From positions 2,994 through 66,993 of the forward strand of contig URGG01000001.1 of assembly GCA_900547345.1 (NCBI GenBank): a stretch of 64,000 bases of DNA, in the 5' to 3' direction. Below the pieces are notes generated by a model. That model was not told where the DNA came from. It worked only from the letters and a program-made list of their open reading frames with translations, and did no database searches. The stretch comes from an uncultured Collinsella sp. (GTDB lineage: Bacteria; Actinomycetota; Coriobacteriia; Coriobacteriales; Coriobacteriaceae). A program made the position numbers and the translations under genes. Positions 8,783 through 18,307 of this stretch are shown here, piece by piece. Within the stretch, counting starts at the first letter, position 1. Each line of letters opens with the position of its first letter.

Positions 8783-10009
8783 ATGAGCAAGGAAAAAGTC
8801 GTTCTCGCATATTCCGGTGGTCTTGATACATCCGTATGTGTCAAGTGGCTCCAGGACGAGAAGAATCTCGATGTCGTTTGTGTCTGCGGCAACGTGGGCC
8901 AGGAAGAGACCGGACTGGATGCCAAGAAGCAGAAGGCGCTCGACCTGGGCGTTCTCGATTGCCAGGTGCTCGACCTGCGCGACGAGTTCTCCGATGAGTT
9001 CCTGACTAAAGCCATCGCGGCAAACTCCATGTACGAGAACAAGTACCCGCTGCTCTCCGCTCTGTCTCGCCCGCTGCTTGCCAAGAAGCTTGTTGAGGTC
9101 GCCCACGAGTTTGGCGCGACCTACGTCGCCCACGGCTGCACCGGCAAGGGTAACGACCAGGTCCGTTTTGAGGCCGCCGTCAAGGCCCTCGACCCCGAGC
9201 TCAAGGTTATCGCCCCGGTTCGCGAGTGGGACCTGAAGTGCCGTCCCGACGAGGTCGCCTATGCCCACGCCCACAACGTGCCGGTTCCCGAGGGTGCCAA
9301 CGACAACCCCTACTCCATCGACGACAACCTGTGGGGTCGTGCCATTGAGTGCGGTCACCTGGAGGATCCCTGGAACGAGCCGCTCGACGACGCCTGGGTT
9401 ATGACCAAGAACCCCGAGGACACGCCGGACACCCCGACCTACACCGAGATTGAGTTTGAGGCCGGCAAGCCCGTCGCCGTCGACGGCAAGAAGATGAAGC
9501 TCTCCGAGATCGTCATCGCCCTCAACAAGATTTCGGGCGACAACGGCTTTGGCCGTCTTGACCTGGTCGAGGATCGTCTGGTGGGCCTCAAGAGCCGCGA
9601 GTGCTATGAGGTTCCCGGAGCCCTGACGCTCATCACCGCCCACAAGGCGCTTGAGGACATCTGCGTCGAGGGCGATTTGCTCAAGACCAAGATCAAGCTC
9701 GAGCAGGATTGGGCCACCGCCGTGTACAACGGCCAGTGGTACAGCCCGCTCAAAAACGCGCTCGATGCCTTTATGGCCGATACCCAGAAGTTCGTGACCG
9801 GCACTGTCCGTCTGAAGTTCTTTAAGGGCAACTGCCATGTCGTCGGCCGCAAGAGCCCCTTCAGCCTCTACGACTACGGTCTGGCTACCTACGACCGCGA
9901 CACCACGTTTGACGAGAAGGCCAGCGCCGGCTTTATCGAGATCGATACGCTGTCGCTCAAGACGTGGGCAAAGGTCCAGGGCCCCAGCTCTGCTGCCGTC
10001 CAGGCCTAG
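8783..10009 (+). CDS. argG: argininosuccinate synthase
   Basis: MSKEKVVLAYSGGLDTSV...AHGCTGKGNDQVRFE... AAGGAAA RBS. The upstream part of track ORF 8732.. was not used. Confidence 0.95.
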   Translation: MSKEKVVLAYSGGLDTSVCVKWLQDEKNLDVVCVCGNVGQEETGLDAKKQKALDLGVLDCQVLDLRDEFSDEFLTKAIAANSMYENKYPLLSALSRPLLAKKLVEVAHEFGATYVAHGCTGKGNDQVRFEAAVKALDPELKVIAPVREWDLKCRPDEVAYAHAHNVPVPEGANDNPYSIDDNLWGRAIECGHLEDPWNEPLDDAWVMTKNPEDTPDTPTYTEIEFEAGKPVAVDGKKMKLSEIVIALNKISGDNGFGRLDLVEDRLVGLKSRECYEVPGALTLITAHKALEDICVEGDLLKTKIKLEQDWATAVYNGQWYSPLKNALDAFMADTQKFVTGTVRLKFFKGNCHVVGRKSPFSLYDYGLATYDRDTTFDEKASAGFIEIDTLSLKTWAKVQGPSSAAVQA

Positions 10010-10162
10010 CGCCTCCTTCCCTTGGTATCCGCGCGGCCCATCCGCGTGATACATAACGGGCGCATGGGGTCCCTACCTTTCGTTATGCTTGCTGACACTT
10101 CTTAACATCGGTGGCCCCTACGTTCCGCCCGCATATATGACGCCGCGTTTGCGGCTGAGTCC

Positions 10163-10200
10163 GAGCCCCGCCGGGGTTGTCCGGCGGGGCTCCTTCTATC
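10163..10200 (+). terminator. hairpin after argG
   Basis: GAGCCCCGCCGG-ggttgt-CCGGCGGGGCTC, followed by a weak T-containing tail. Confidence 0.5.
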
Positions 10201-10242
10201 AATTTGGCGGCTCTGCGCCTATATATATGAGGAGTATCCATT

Positions 10243-10413
10243 ATGTTCAATGCTATCGCGCATGCTTTACTTGCCCTCGCGCCCGAGTTCGATGCTGCAA
10301 GGGTCGAGGATGTCCCTATGAGCCTGAAGGCCTGGATCGATGGTTCGCAGGGCAACATCCGGAGGGAGACGTTGGGCGCCAAGTGCATGGTGCGTCACTT
10401 CTTTGCAAATTAG
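10243..10413 (+). CDS. candidate 56-aa small protein in the argG-argH spacer
   Basis: TATATATATGAGGAGTATCCATT-ATG gives AGGAG 8 nt upstream. The product is MFNAIAHALLALAPEFDAARVEDVPMSLKAWIDGSQGNIRRETLGAKCMVRHFFAN. No family was recognised. Confidence 0.25.
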   Translation: MFNAIAHALLALAPEFDAARVEDVPMSLKAWIDGSQGNIRRETLGAKCMVRHFFAN

Positions 10414-10531
10414 CTACATGGCCCCGTGCACGGTGGGGAATGTGCAAAACTAGCGGTTGAAAAATCGCTTTAGCGATATGGCGCATTGCTTTGGGCGCTT
10501 GTTTTGTTATTTGGAGAAAGGGGACGGTTCC

Positions 10532-11962
10532 ATGGCTCTTTGGGGCGGTCGTTTTGAGGCAGGCGTGGCCGAGGTCACGCAGGAGTTTGGCGCGTCGTTG
10601 CCGGTCGACAAACATCTCTATAAGCAGGACATCGCCGGATCTAAGGCACATGCCAAGATGCTGGCGGCCCAGGGCATTATCAGCGCCGAGGACGAGCAAG
10701 CGATTGCCGAGGGTCTGACCGGAATCGAACAGGATATCGATGCCGGCAACTTCACCTTCGACATCAACGACGAGGACATTCATATGTCCATCGAGAGCGA
10801 GCTGACGCGTCGCATCGGCGAGGCTGGCAAGCGCTTGCATACCGGACGTTCGCGCAACGACCAGGTGGCGACCGACACACGTCTGGGCGTCAAGGCGCTG
10901 GTCAAGGAGCTCATGGGGGCCAATCTTGAGCTGCGCCATGTGCTGGTGGATGCGGCTAAGAAGTACGACAAGGTGATTCTGCCGGGCTACACGCACATGC
11001 AGCACGCTCAGCCCGTGCTGCTGTCGCATCATCTGCTGGCGTATTCCTGGATGTTCGCGCGCGACTTTACACGCCTGAAGGCAGCCTTTGATGCCGCCGA
11101 CAACTGTCCGCTGGGCGCTGCCGCGCTTGCCGGCACGAGCTATCCGCTCGATCGTCAGATGACGGCTGCCGAACTTGGCTTTGCGGGCGTGATTCCCAAC
11201 TCGCTCGATGCGGTTTCCGACCGTGATTTCCTCCTCGACCTGCATTACGCCGGCTCCGTCATGGCGATGCACCTGTCGCGTCTTTCCGAGGAGATCGTGC
11301 TGTGGTCGAGCTCCGAATTTGGCTTTATCACGCTTTCCGACTCTTACTCCACCGGTTCGTCCATCATGCCGCAGAAGAAGAACCCCGACTTTGCCGAGCT
11401 TATCCGCGGCAAGAGCGGTCGCGTGTACGGCAACCTGGTGCAGCTGCTGGTAACCATGAAGGGCCTGCCGCTTGCTTATAACAAGGACTTGCAGGAGGAC
11501 AAGGAGGGCGCGCTCGATACCGCTCATACGCTCATGCAGTGCCTGTCGGTTATGGCCGGTATGATTTCGACTTGGACCGTCAACGAGGATGCCATGGCGC
11601 GCGAGTGCGGCGTGGGTCACCTTGCCGCCACCGATGTTGCCGATTACCTGGCCAAGCGTGGTCTGCCGTTCCGCGAGGCACATGCCGTGGTGGGGCATCT
11701 GGTTCTGATGTGTGAGAAGCGCGGCTGCAATCTTGAGGACCTGCCGTTTGAAGTGTTCCAGGAGGCAAGCCCGCTCTTTGAGCGCGACATTACCGAGGCG
11801 CTCGACATCCCGTCGATTGTCGCCGCGCGCACGACCGAGGGCGGCACCGCCCCTGCCGCCGTTGCCGTGCAGCTGCAGCGTGCCAAGGCGCAGCTCGTGG
11901 CCGACGAGGGCGTGTTTGGATCGCTGACTAAGGTCGTCGAGATGGGCCACGGGGTAAAGTAG
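10532..11962 (+). CDS. argH: argininosuccinate lyase
   Basis: MALWGGRFEAG... GRSRNDQVATD ... GSSIMPQKKNPD signature. Confidence 0.95.
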   Translation: MALWGGRFEAGVAEVTQEFGASLPVDKHLYKQDIAGSKAHAKMLAAQGIISAEDEQAIAEGLTGIEQDIDAGNFTFDINDEDIHMSIESELTRRIGEAGKRLHTGRSRNDQVATDTRLGVKALVKELMGANLELRHVLVDAAKKYDKVILPGYTHMQHAQPVLLSHHLLAYSWMFARDFTRLKAAFDAADNCPLGAAALAGTSYPLDRQMTAAELGFAGVIPNSLDAVSDRDFLLDLHYAGSVMAMHLSRLSEEIVLWSSSEFGFITLSDSYSTGSSIMPQKKNPDFAELIRGKSGRVYGNLVQLLVTMKGLPLAYNKDLQEDKEGALDTAHTLMQCLSVMAGMISTWTVNEDAMARECGVGHLAATDVADYLAKRGLPFREAHAVVGHLVLMCEKRGCNLEDLPFEVFQEASPLFERDITEALDIPSIVAARTTEGGTAPAAVAVQLQRAKAQLVADEGVFGSLTKVVEMGHGVK

Positions 11963-12347
11963 GGATTTGGCTGAAGCCGTTTTGGCCATTTATTGATAAA
12001 TCGTTTTCACTTTACGGGCACCTGCTGATGTGGGCGCCCGTATTTTGTTGCTATGGGGGAGGGGCTTGTCGAGAAGTTCTGTAGGACCTTTGGGCAGGTT
12101 GTGAAGGGGGTACGTTCGCGGGCGGCAACCGACCGTCTGCTCTGTTCGATGCGGTTGATGGGCGGTCGGATGGTACTCTAATCGGGCTTCGAAACAGAAG
12201 TGACACATATGGAGCGCTTTAATAAATTGCAACGTTTCAATAAACAGCTTTTTGTTTAACTGCAGCTAAAACTCTGTTACGATGCAGTCCAGGCGGGTGC
12301 CGGAATGGGACTTGGGCACGCGCGAACCTACTTGAAAGGCTACTTTT

Positions 12348-12752
12348 ATGGCTATCGAGAAGACCTTCATCATGATTAAGCCCGACGCCGTGCGCGACCG
12401 TAAGATCGGCGAGATCGTTGCTCGCATTGAGCGCAGCGGCCTTGTCATCGAGCGCATGGAGATGACCACGCTCGAGCGCGCTACCGTCGAGGAGCACTAC
12501 GCCCATCTGGCCGACAAGCCCTTCTTTGGCGGTCTCTGCGACTTTATGACGAGCGGTCCGGTCGTCAAGATGGTCGTTTCCGGTCTCTCCGCTGTTGCTA
12601 AGATGCGCACCCTCATGGGCGCTACCAACCCGCTTGAGGCTGCTCCTGGTACCATCCGCGGCGACTTTGCCGTCGATGTCAACGCCAACGTGATCCACGG
12701 CTCCGACTGCCTGGAGAACGCCGAGATTGAGATCAAGCGCTTCTTTGGCTAA
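12348..12752 (+). CDS. ndk: nucleoside-diphosphate kinase
   Basis: MAIEKTFIMIKPDAV...NVIHGSD active-site His motif. 134 aa. Confidence 0.95.
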   Translation: MAIEKTFIMIKPDAVRDRKIGEIVARIERSGLVIERMEMTTLERATVEEHYAHLADKPFFGGLCDFMTSGPVVKMVVSGLSAVAKMRTLMGATNPLEAAPGTIRGDFAVDVNANVIHGSDCLENAEIEIKRFFG

Positions 12753-12790
12753 ACCAGCTTTGACTCCTTAAAGCTGTTAGCGTGTGGCTT

Positions 12791-12825
12791 GGGCGCCGCG
12801 GAACTCCATCCGCGGCGCCCTTTTA
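12791..12825 (+). terminator. rho-independent terminator of ndk
   Basis: GGGCGCCGCGG-aactccat-CCGCGGCGCCC followed by TTTTATT. Confidence 0.75.
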
Positions 12826-12903
12826 TTCCAAAATCTATGAAGGGGCCCGTTCGGTCATGAGTTCCGAGCGGGCCCCTGCTGTTAGCTTGTGGCACTGAGT
12901 TGT

Positions 12904-13371
12904 TTAGGCCTCGTCGACGACCTTGAGGCCGCGCGTGTGGTCGATCTCGTTGAGGCGGGTAACGCGACGCTCGTGACGACCGCCCTCAAACTCGGCGTCG
13001 AGCCACTCGTCGACAATCATCTTGGCGAGCTCGGAGCCCACGACGCGGGCGCCAAAGGCGAGCACGTTGGTATTGTTGTGCATGCGGGAGAGCTTGGCGC
13101 TGAAGGGCTCGGAGCACACGACGGCGCGTACGCCCTCGACCTTGTTGGCAGCCAGGCTAATCCCGACACCGGTGCCACAGATGAGGATGCCCAGGTCGAC
13201 GTCACCGTTGGCAACGGCCTTACCCACCTTGTAGCCGGCGATGGGGTAGTCAAAGCTCTCGGAGGTGTCGGTGCCAAAGTTCACGACCTCGCAGCCGCGC
13301 TCCTTCAGGTGCTCGGAGATGATGTTCTTGAGCTCGACGGCGGCGTGGTCGTTACCGATACCGATCTTCAT
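12904..13371 (-). CDS. rpiB: ribose-5-phosphate isomerase B
   Basis: MKIGIGNDHAAVELK...ILICGTGVGISLAANK...RMHNNTNVLAFGARV. ATG at 13371 with a GAGAGGA RBS. A hairpin at 12841-12876 follows the stop. Confidence 0.9.
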   Translation of the reverse strand: MKIGIGNDHAAVELKNIISEHLKERGCEVVNFGTDTSESFDYPIAGYKVGKAVANGDVDLGILICGTGVGISLAANKVEGVRAVVCSEPFSAKLSRMHNNTNVLAFGARVVGSELAKMIVDEWLDAEFEGGRHERRVTRLNEIDHTRGLKVVDEA

Positions 13372-13643
13372 GGATGGTTCCTCTCTGGTCTGTGCGGCGC
13401 AAATGCTAAAGGTGTTTACCGCGTTCGACTGCATGATAGCGCGACTTTTGCATAAACGCTCGGGCGTTTTTTGGTCAAACGCTTTAGCAGGCAACAAGAC
13501 TGGCTTCTCGTGAATGAATGTCGTCAGTTTGCGCTTGAGCGCCGTCCGCCGGAACCATGGTTGCGGTTTTTGATGCATTGTTATCAAATAAAGGAGCTAA
13601 CATTTTTTGAGAGCCTAGCCCGTTATGCAAGCAGGAGATACCT

Positions 13644-14963
13644 ATGCCTACCGATTCCATCCGTGATGCCGCGTTTTGCGATGTTTTGAACCGCGAACTT
13701 GTCTGTGCACTCGGCTGCACCGAGCCCATTGCCGTTGCCTATGCAGCGGCGCTGGCGAGTCAGACGCTCGGTTGCGAACCCGATCATATGGATGTTGCAT
13801 GCTCGGGCAACATCATCAAGAACGTTAAGAGCGTGACCGTGCCCAACTCGGGCGGTATGCACGGTATTGAAGCCGCGGCCGTGCTGGGTGCCGTGGGCGG
13901 CGACGCTAAGAGCGCTCTCGAGGTGCTCGAGAGCGTTGACGACGAAGACCGTGCTCGCGTGGCCGAGCTCCTCGCCGACGCCGACTACTGCGATGTGTCG
14001 CTTGTCGAGGGTGTGCCCAACCTCTACATCAAGGTGACTGCCACGGCTGGGGGCCATACCGCGGTCGTCGAGATTACCGACCACCACACTAATGTCACGT
14101 GCCATACGCTCGACGGTATTCCGGTATGCGGCAAGTCGGCGGGGGAGTGTGCCGCCTGCGCCGAGCGCGTGGTGGCCGAGCGTGCGGCGGATAAGGCCGA
14201 CACGCCCATGTCGATTGAGTCCATCATCGACTTTATCGAGGACGGTGACATTGAGGACGCCCGCGCTGCCGTTGAGCGTCAGATTGAGCTGAATGGTGCA
14301 ATCAGTGCCGAGGGCCTTGCGCACGCTTGGGGCGCCGAGGTGGGTCGTACGCTGCTGGGTGCTCGTGCCGATGACGTCGCCTGCCGTGCCCGTGCCCGTG
14401 CGGCCGCCGGGTCCGACGCCCGCATGAACGGCTGCGCGCTGCCGGTCGCCATTGTGTGCGGCTCGGGCAATCAGGGCATTACCTGCGCATTGCCCGTCAT
14501 GGAGTATGCCGAGTACCTGCGTTGCGACCACGAGCGCCTGGTGCGCGCCGTGATGCTGTCCGATCTTATCGCCGTGCATATCAAGAGCTATATTGGTGCG
14601 CTCTCGGCGTTTTGCGGTGCTATTTGCGCCGCGTGCGGCGCCGGCGCTGCGATTACCTGGCTGTGCGGTGGCACGCGCGAGCAGATTGGCGCGACGGTCT
14701 CGAATACGCTCGGTAACGTGGGCGGCATCGTGTGCGACGGCGCCAAGGCGAGCTGTGCCGCCAAGATCTCGGCTGCCGTCGATGCGGCGATTCTGGGCCA
14801 CGATATGGCTATGCAAGGTCGCGGCTTCCGCGCCGGCGAGGGCCTGATCCAGGATACCGTTGAGCAGACAATCGCCAGCATGGGCTACGTGGGCCGCGTG
14901 GGCATGAAGGACACCGACGTCGAGATCCTCAACATCATGATCGGCAAGACTCGAGTGTGCTAG
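13644..14963 (+). CDS. cyuA: UPF0597/YhaM-type L-cysteine desulfidase family protein
   Basis: MPTDSIRDAAFCDVLNRELVCALGCTEPIAVAYAAALA matches the CyuA/YhaM N-terminal ALGCTEPI signature. 439 aa. Confidence 0.75.
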   Translation: MPTDSIRDAAFCDVLNRELVCALGCTEPIAVAYAAALASQTLGCEPDHMDVACSGNIIKNVKSVTVPNSGGMHGIEAAAVLGAVGGDAKSALEVLESVDDEDRARVAELLADADYCDVSLVEGVPNLYIKVTATAGGHTAVVEITDHHTNVTCHTLDGIPVCGKSAGECAACAERVVAERAADKADTPMSIESIIDFIEDGDIEDARAAVERQIELNGAISAEGLAHAWGAEVGRTLLGARADDVACRARARAAAGSDARMNGCALPVAIVCGSGNQGITCALPVMEYAEYLRCDHERLVRAVMLSDLIAVHIKSYIGALSAFCGAICAACGAGAAITWLCGGTREQIGATVSNTLGNVGGIVCDGAKASCAAKISAAVDAAILGHDMAMQGRGFRAGEGLIQDTVEQTIASMGYVGRVGMKDTDVEILNIMIGKTRVC

Positions 14964-14995
14964 TTACGCGGTTTTACCAAACCGCGTAACCAGTC

Positions 14996-15106
14996 GACGC
15001 TGCAAACGCCCCTAAGCGGCAATCTGCCTTTCAATCGTCGGGCATGGCCAGAAGGCCTATGCCCTCTTCTTTCAAGGCACATTGCTCGCTTAGGGGCATT
15101 TTCGCT
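14996..15106 (+). repeat. structured ~110-nt intergenic element, family B, copy 1
   Basis: GACGCTGCAAACGCCCCTAAGCGGCAATCTGCCTTTCAA...GGGCATGGCCAGAAGGCCTATGCCC...CTTTCAAGGCACATTGCTCGCTTAGGGGC. See copy 2 at 18086..18197. Confidence 0.8.
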
Positions 15107-15152
15107 GACTCATGCTCAACCTGCGGCGCTATTTTGTTTGGAGCGAGGGGTC

Positions 15153-16019
15153 CTATGACAGTTCGTCGGCTACTTGGTGTTCGTAGAAGGCTTCTACTAC
15201 GGCGTTAAAGTCGCGGGCGAAGTCTTCCATGGTTCCGCGCCAGGTGGCTCGGCTGGGCTTGCCCTGGCCCACAAAGGCGGTTTGGATGCCGCAGGCAGGG
15301 CTGGGGAAGTCGCGTTTTGGATCGTTGCCCACCATAAGGACCTCGTGCGGCTCGAGCCCCATCACCTGAAGCTGCTCTAGATAGTAGGTGGCATCGGGCT
15401 TGCAGCGGGTGGCGTTTCCCATGTGCGTGACGAGTTCAAAGGGAGCGTCAGCCAGGTCGCCCCAACCCATACGGCACTCGATGGCCCCCTGGGGAAAGCT
15501 GGGGTTGGTAAAGAGCGCGCAACGCAGCCCTGCGTCCTGTACGGCCTGGAGCGCGGCGTGTGCGCCCGGCATGGCGTGGGCGTTAATGATATCGTCGTTC
15601 TTGTACGGAAGAACTTCGCGCTCGTAGTAGGTAAACGCCTCGTAGATGATGGGATCGGAGAGGCGGATGCCGCATCGGCGCTCGACCTCGGTGCGGTAAA
15701 ACTCAAGATTGGTGCGATTGTCCGTGCCGCTGCGGCGATTGGCGTTGAGGTCGACCAGGATGGTGCCGAGGCGTGCCATCGTGCCACCGCGGCTGCGGCG
15801 CCCGATATCCGCGAGCATCGATGAGACATCCTTAAAATAGCGAAGGATGAACGCATTGAGGTTGATGCTAAGAAGCGTCTCGTCCATATCGAAAACGACT
15901 GCTTTGAGCACGCGGGCACCTTTCTCGTAAATTTGATCTAGAGTCGTTGGCTCCGGATACTTTACCCCAAAGCCAAATGCCTGGCTGGTTATCGTCAAGT
16001 TGTGGAGACGTGTGTTCAT
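15153..16019 (-). CDS. HAD-superfamily hydrolase (subfamily IA-like)
   Basis: VVFDMDETLL (motif I), FTNPS, MVGNDPKRD (motif IV). The start at 16019 (MNTRLH...) is uncertain; the track ORF extends to 16082. Confidence 0.7.
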   Translation of the reverse strand: MNTRLHNLTITSQAFGFGVKYPEPTTLDQIYEKGARVLKAVVFDMDETLLSINLNAFILRYFKDVSSMLADIGRRSRGGTMARLGTILVDLNANRRSGTDNRTNLEFYRTEVERRCGIRLSDPIIYEAFTYYEREVLPYKNDDIINAHAMPGAHAALQAVQDAGLRCALFTNPSFPQGAIECRMGWGDLADAPFELVTHMGNATRCKPDATYYLEQLQVMGLEPHEVLMVGNDPKRDFPSPACGIQTAFVGQGKPSRATWRGTMEDFARDFNAVVEAFYEHQVADELS

Positions 16020-16226
16020 AAGATTACGAAAAAGTCTCCACACGAGTAAAAAATCGCAGTTCACGCTTGAAATCGAACTCATTTCCCCGTAACCTATACG
16101 AACGTGATTGCATAAGCGTCACATTAGTATCTGTCGGCTCCCGAGTGTTCCTAAACGTTGTGTGCTTGTCGCACCCTTCTGTAGGTCCTAGCAATCGGGG
16201 CCCCGTAGTTCGAAAGGGGTCCACCT

Positions 16227-17393
16227 TTGAGTGAGATTCAGAACTCGTCCATTTTCTCTCTTGACGATGTCAATGAGGAGGAGATGAACAACCTCATCGA
16301 CGGTACGATTACCGACTTTGATGAGGGCGATCTCGTTAACGGCACTGTCGTTAAGATCGAGCATGACGAGGTGCTCGTTGACATCGGATTCAAGTCCGAG
16401 GGCGTTATCCCGGTCCGCGAGCTGTCCATCCGCAAGGACGCTAACCCTGCAGACATCGTTGCACTCGGTGATCCCATCGAGGCTCTGGTTCTCCAGAAGG
16501 AGGACAAGGACGGTCGTCTGGTCCTGTCCAAGAAGCGTGCCGAGTACGAGCGTGCTTGGAACCGCATCGAGGAGAAGTTCAACTCCGGCGAGAACGTCGA
16601 GGGCGAGGTTATCGAGGTTGTCAAGGGCGGCCTGATCCTCGACATCGGCCTGCGTGGCTTCCTGCCCGCTTCCCTCGTCGACCTCCGTCGTGTCAAGGAC
16701 CTCACCTCCTACATGGGCACCCGCATCGAGGCTCGCGTCATCGAGATGGACCGCAACCGCAACAACGTCGTCCTCTCCCGTCGCGTCGTGCTCGAGGAGT
16801 CCCGTAAGGCCGAGCGCTCCGAGATCCTGTCCAAGCTCAAGTCTGGCATGCGTCTCCAGGGCACCGTTTCCTCCATCGTCGACTTCGGCGCCTTCGTCGA
16901 CCTCGGCGGTATCGACGGCCTCATCCACATCTCCGAGCTTTCCTGGAACCACGTCAACCATCCTTCCGAGGTTGTCAAGGTCGGCCAGGAGGTCGAGGTC
17001 GAGGTTCTCGACGTCGATCTCAACCGCGAGCGCATCTCCCTGGGTCTCAAGCAGACCACCGAGGATCCGTGGCGCGCACTGGTCAAGAAGTACCCCGTCG
17101 GCGCTATCGTCGAGGGCACTGTGACCAAGCTTGTCCCGTTCGGCGCTTTCGTCGATCTGGGCGAGGGCATCGAGGGCCTGGTTCACATCTCCGAGATGGC
17201 CAACAAGCACGTCGATCAGCCTTCTCAGGTCACCCACGTGGGCGACAAGGTTCAGGTCAAGGTCATGGAGATCGACCTCGACCGTCGTCGTATCTCCCTG
17301 TCCATGAAGTCCGCTGCTGAGACTCTGGGCGTCGAGATCGAGGTTACTCCGCTGCCTTCCGAGAAGAAGGACGAGGAGACCGACGCCGAGTAA
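16227..17393 (+). CDS. rpsA: 30S ribosomal protein S1
   Basis: Four S1 repeats are visible (GTVVKIEHDEVLVDIGFKSEGVI, GEVIEVVKGGLILDIG, GTVSSIVDFGAFVDLGGIDGLIHISE, GTVTKLVPFGAFVDLGEGIEGLVHISE). The start is TTG at 16227, so the start is uncertain. Confidence 0.9.
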   Translation: MSEIQNSSIFSLDDVNEEEMNNLIDGTITDFDEGDLVNGTVVKIEHDEVLVDIGFKSEGVIPVRELSIRKDANPADIVALGDPIEALVLQKEDKDGRLVLSKKRAEYERAWNRIEEKFNSGENVEGEVIEVVKGGLILDIGLRGFLPASLVDLRRVKDLTSYMGTRIEARVIEMDRNRNNVVLSRRVVLEESRKAERSEILSKLKSGMRLQGTVSSIVDFGAFVDLGGIDGLIHISELSWNHVNHPSEVVKVGQEVEVEVLDVDLNRERISLGLKQTTEDPWRALVKKYPVGAIVEGTVTKLVPFGAFVDLGEGIEGLVHISEMANKHVDQPSQVTHVGDKVQVKVMEIDLDRRRISLSMKSAAETLGVEIEVTPLPSEKKDEETDAE

Positions 17394-17418
17394 ATCGGTT
17401 TGACGATCACTTGTTTTA

Positions 17419-17451
17419 AGGGACCCGTTCGCAATGGACGGGTCCCTTTTT
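17419..17451 (+). terminator. rho-independent terminator of rpsA
   Basis: AGGGACCCGT-tcgcaatgg-ACGGGTCCCT followed by TTTTT. Confidence 0.8.
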
Positions 17452-17714
17452 GCATTTGCTGCCAAGGTGCGCAATGCTGCCCGGGCTGTCCACAGGCTAT
17501 TGGATTGTCGGTGCATGAAAAATGCCGACATCCCGCCTCGGGGAGGAGGCGGGAACACACCGAGTAGACGGAGGGGTGCGGAGCGCGGTCGCGTCTCGAC
17601 TGACGACGTTGCCCATCGACAGGACCATTGTAGCGCATGGCGGTTCTTGGTTTATCGTGTCGAGCATTTGCGTTGTGCCATTGCCTGCGGCAACGGTGTG
17701 TTACACTTTTTCAC

Positions 17715-18079
17715 TGCTGAGTGGGCCAGACGGTCGCGCGATGTGCTGCTTGCAGTACGCGTGAGGAAAGTCCGGGCTCCAGAGGGCGGGATGCCGGCTA
17801 ACGGCCGGGCGGAGTGATCCGACGGAAAGCGCCGCAGAAAAGAAGACTCCCACCTGCGCCGCAAGGCGTAAAGGGAAAAGCTGAAACGGTGGTGTAAGAG
17901 ACCACCAGCGTCGTGGTAACACGGCGGCTTGGCAAGCCCCATCCGGAGCAAGCGCGAATAGGAACGCTATGGGCCGGCCCGGTCCGCGTTCGGGTAGCGT
18001 GCGTGGAGTTGCACGGTAACGTGCAGACAAGATAAATGACCGTTCACGACAGAACCCGGCTTACAAGCCCACTCGGCAC
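17715..18079 (+). ncRNA. rnpB: RNase P RNA, bacterial type A
   Basis: The P1 helix pairs GAGTGGGC (17719-26) with GCCCACTC (18067-74). Universally conserved GAGGAAAGTCCGGGCTCC, GGTAACACGGCGGC... and ACAGAACCCGGCTTAC segments are present. Confidence 0.9.
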
Positions 18080-18085
18080 TTTGTT

Positions 18086-18197
18086 GACGCTGCGAACCCG
18101 TCAGCGCGGCAATCTGCCTTTCAAGCCTTCGGGCATGACCATAAGGTCAATGCCCTCGTCTTTCAAGGCACCTTGCTCGCGCTGACGGGTTCTCGCT
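18086..18197 (+). repeat. structured ~110-nt intergenic element, family B, copy 2
   Basis: GACGCTGCGAACCCGTCAGCGCGGCAATCTGCCTTTCAA...GGGCATGACCATAAGGTCAATGCCC...CTTTCAAGGCACCTTGCTCGCGCTGACGGGT. It has the same order and orientation as copy 1, with compensatory stem changes. Confidence 0.8.
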
Positions 18198-18307
18198 TTC
18201 GTTTACGGAATCATCGGTGTTGCCGTTCTATTTACCGGGATTAACGGTACGTTCTTTGCCGTATTATTTAGGCTGTTTGTTGCTGCGCTTTATTTTGTTG
18301 AGGGGCT

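Noticed and set aside
11963-12347. Possible terminator after argH and an 80-aa minus-strand ORF (11990..12232)
   Set aside because: The hairpin TACGGGCACC...GGCGCCCGTA is too imperfect to call confidently. The ORF has no RBS or motifs and lies in a spacer.
17434-18030. Several 80-130-aa ORFs on both strands around 17.4-18.0 kb
   Set aside because: They overlap the RNase P RNA gene and its leader. The region is explained by rnpB.
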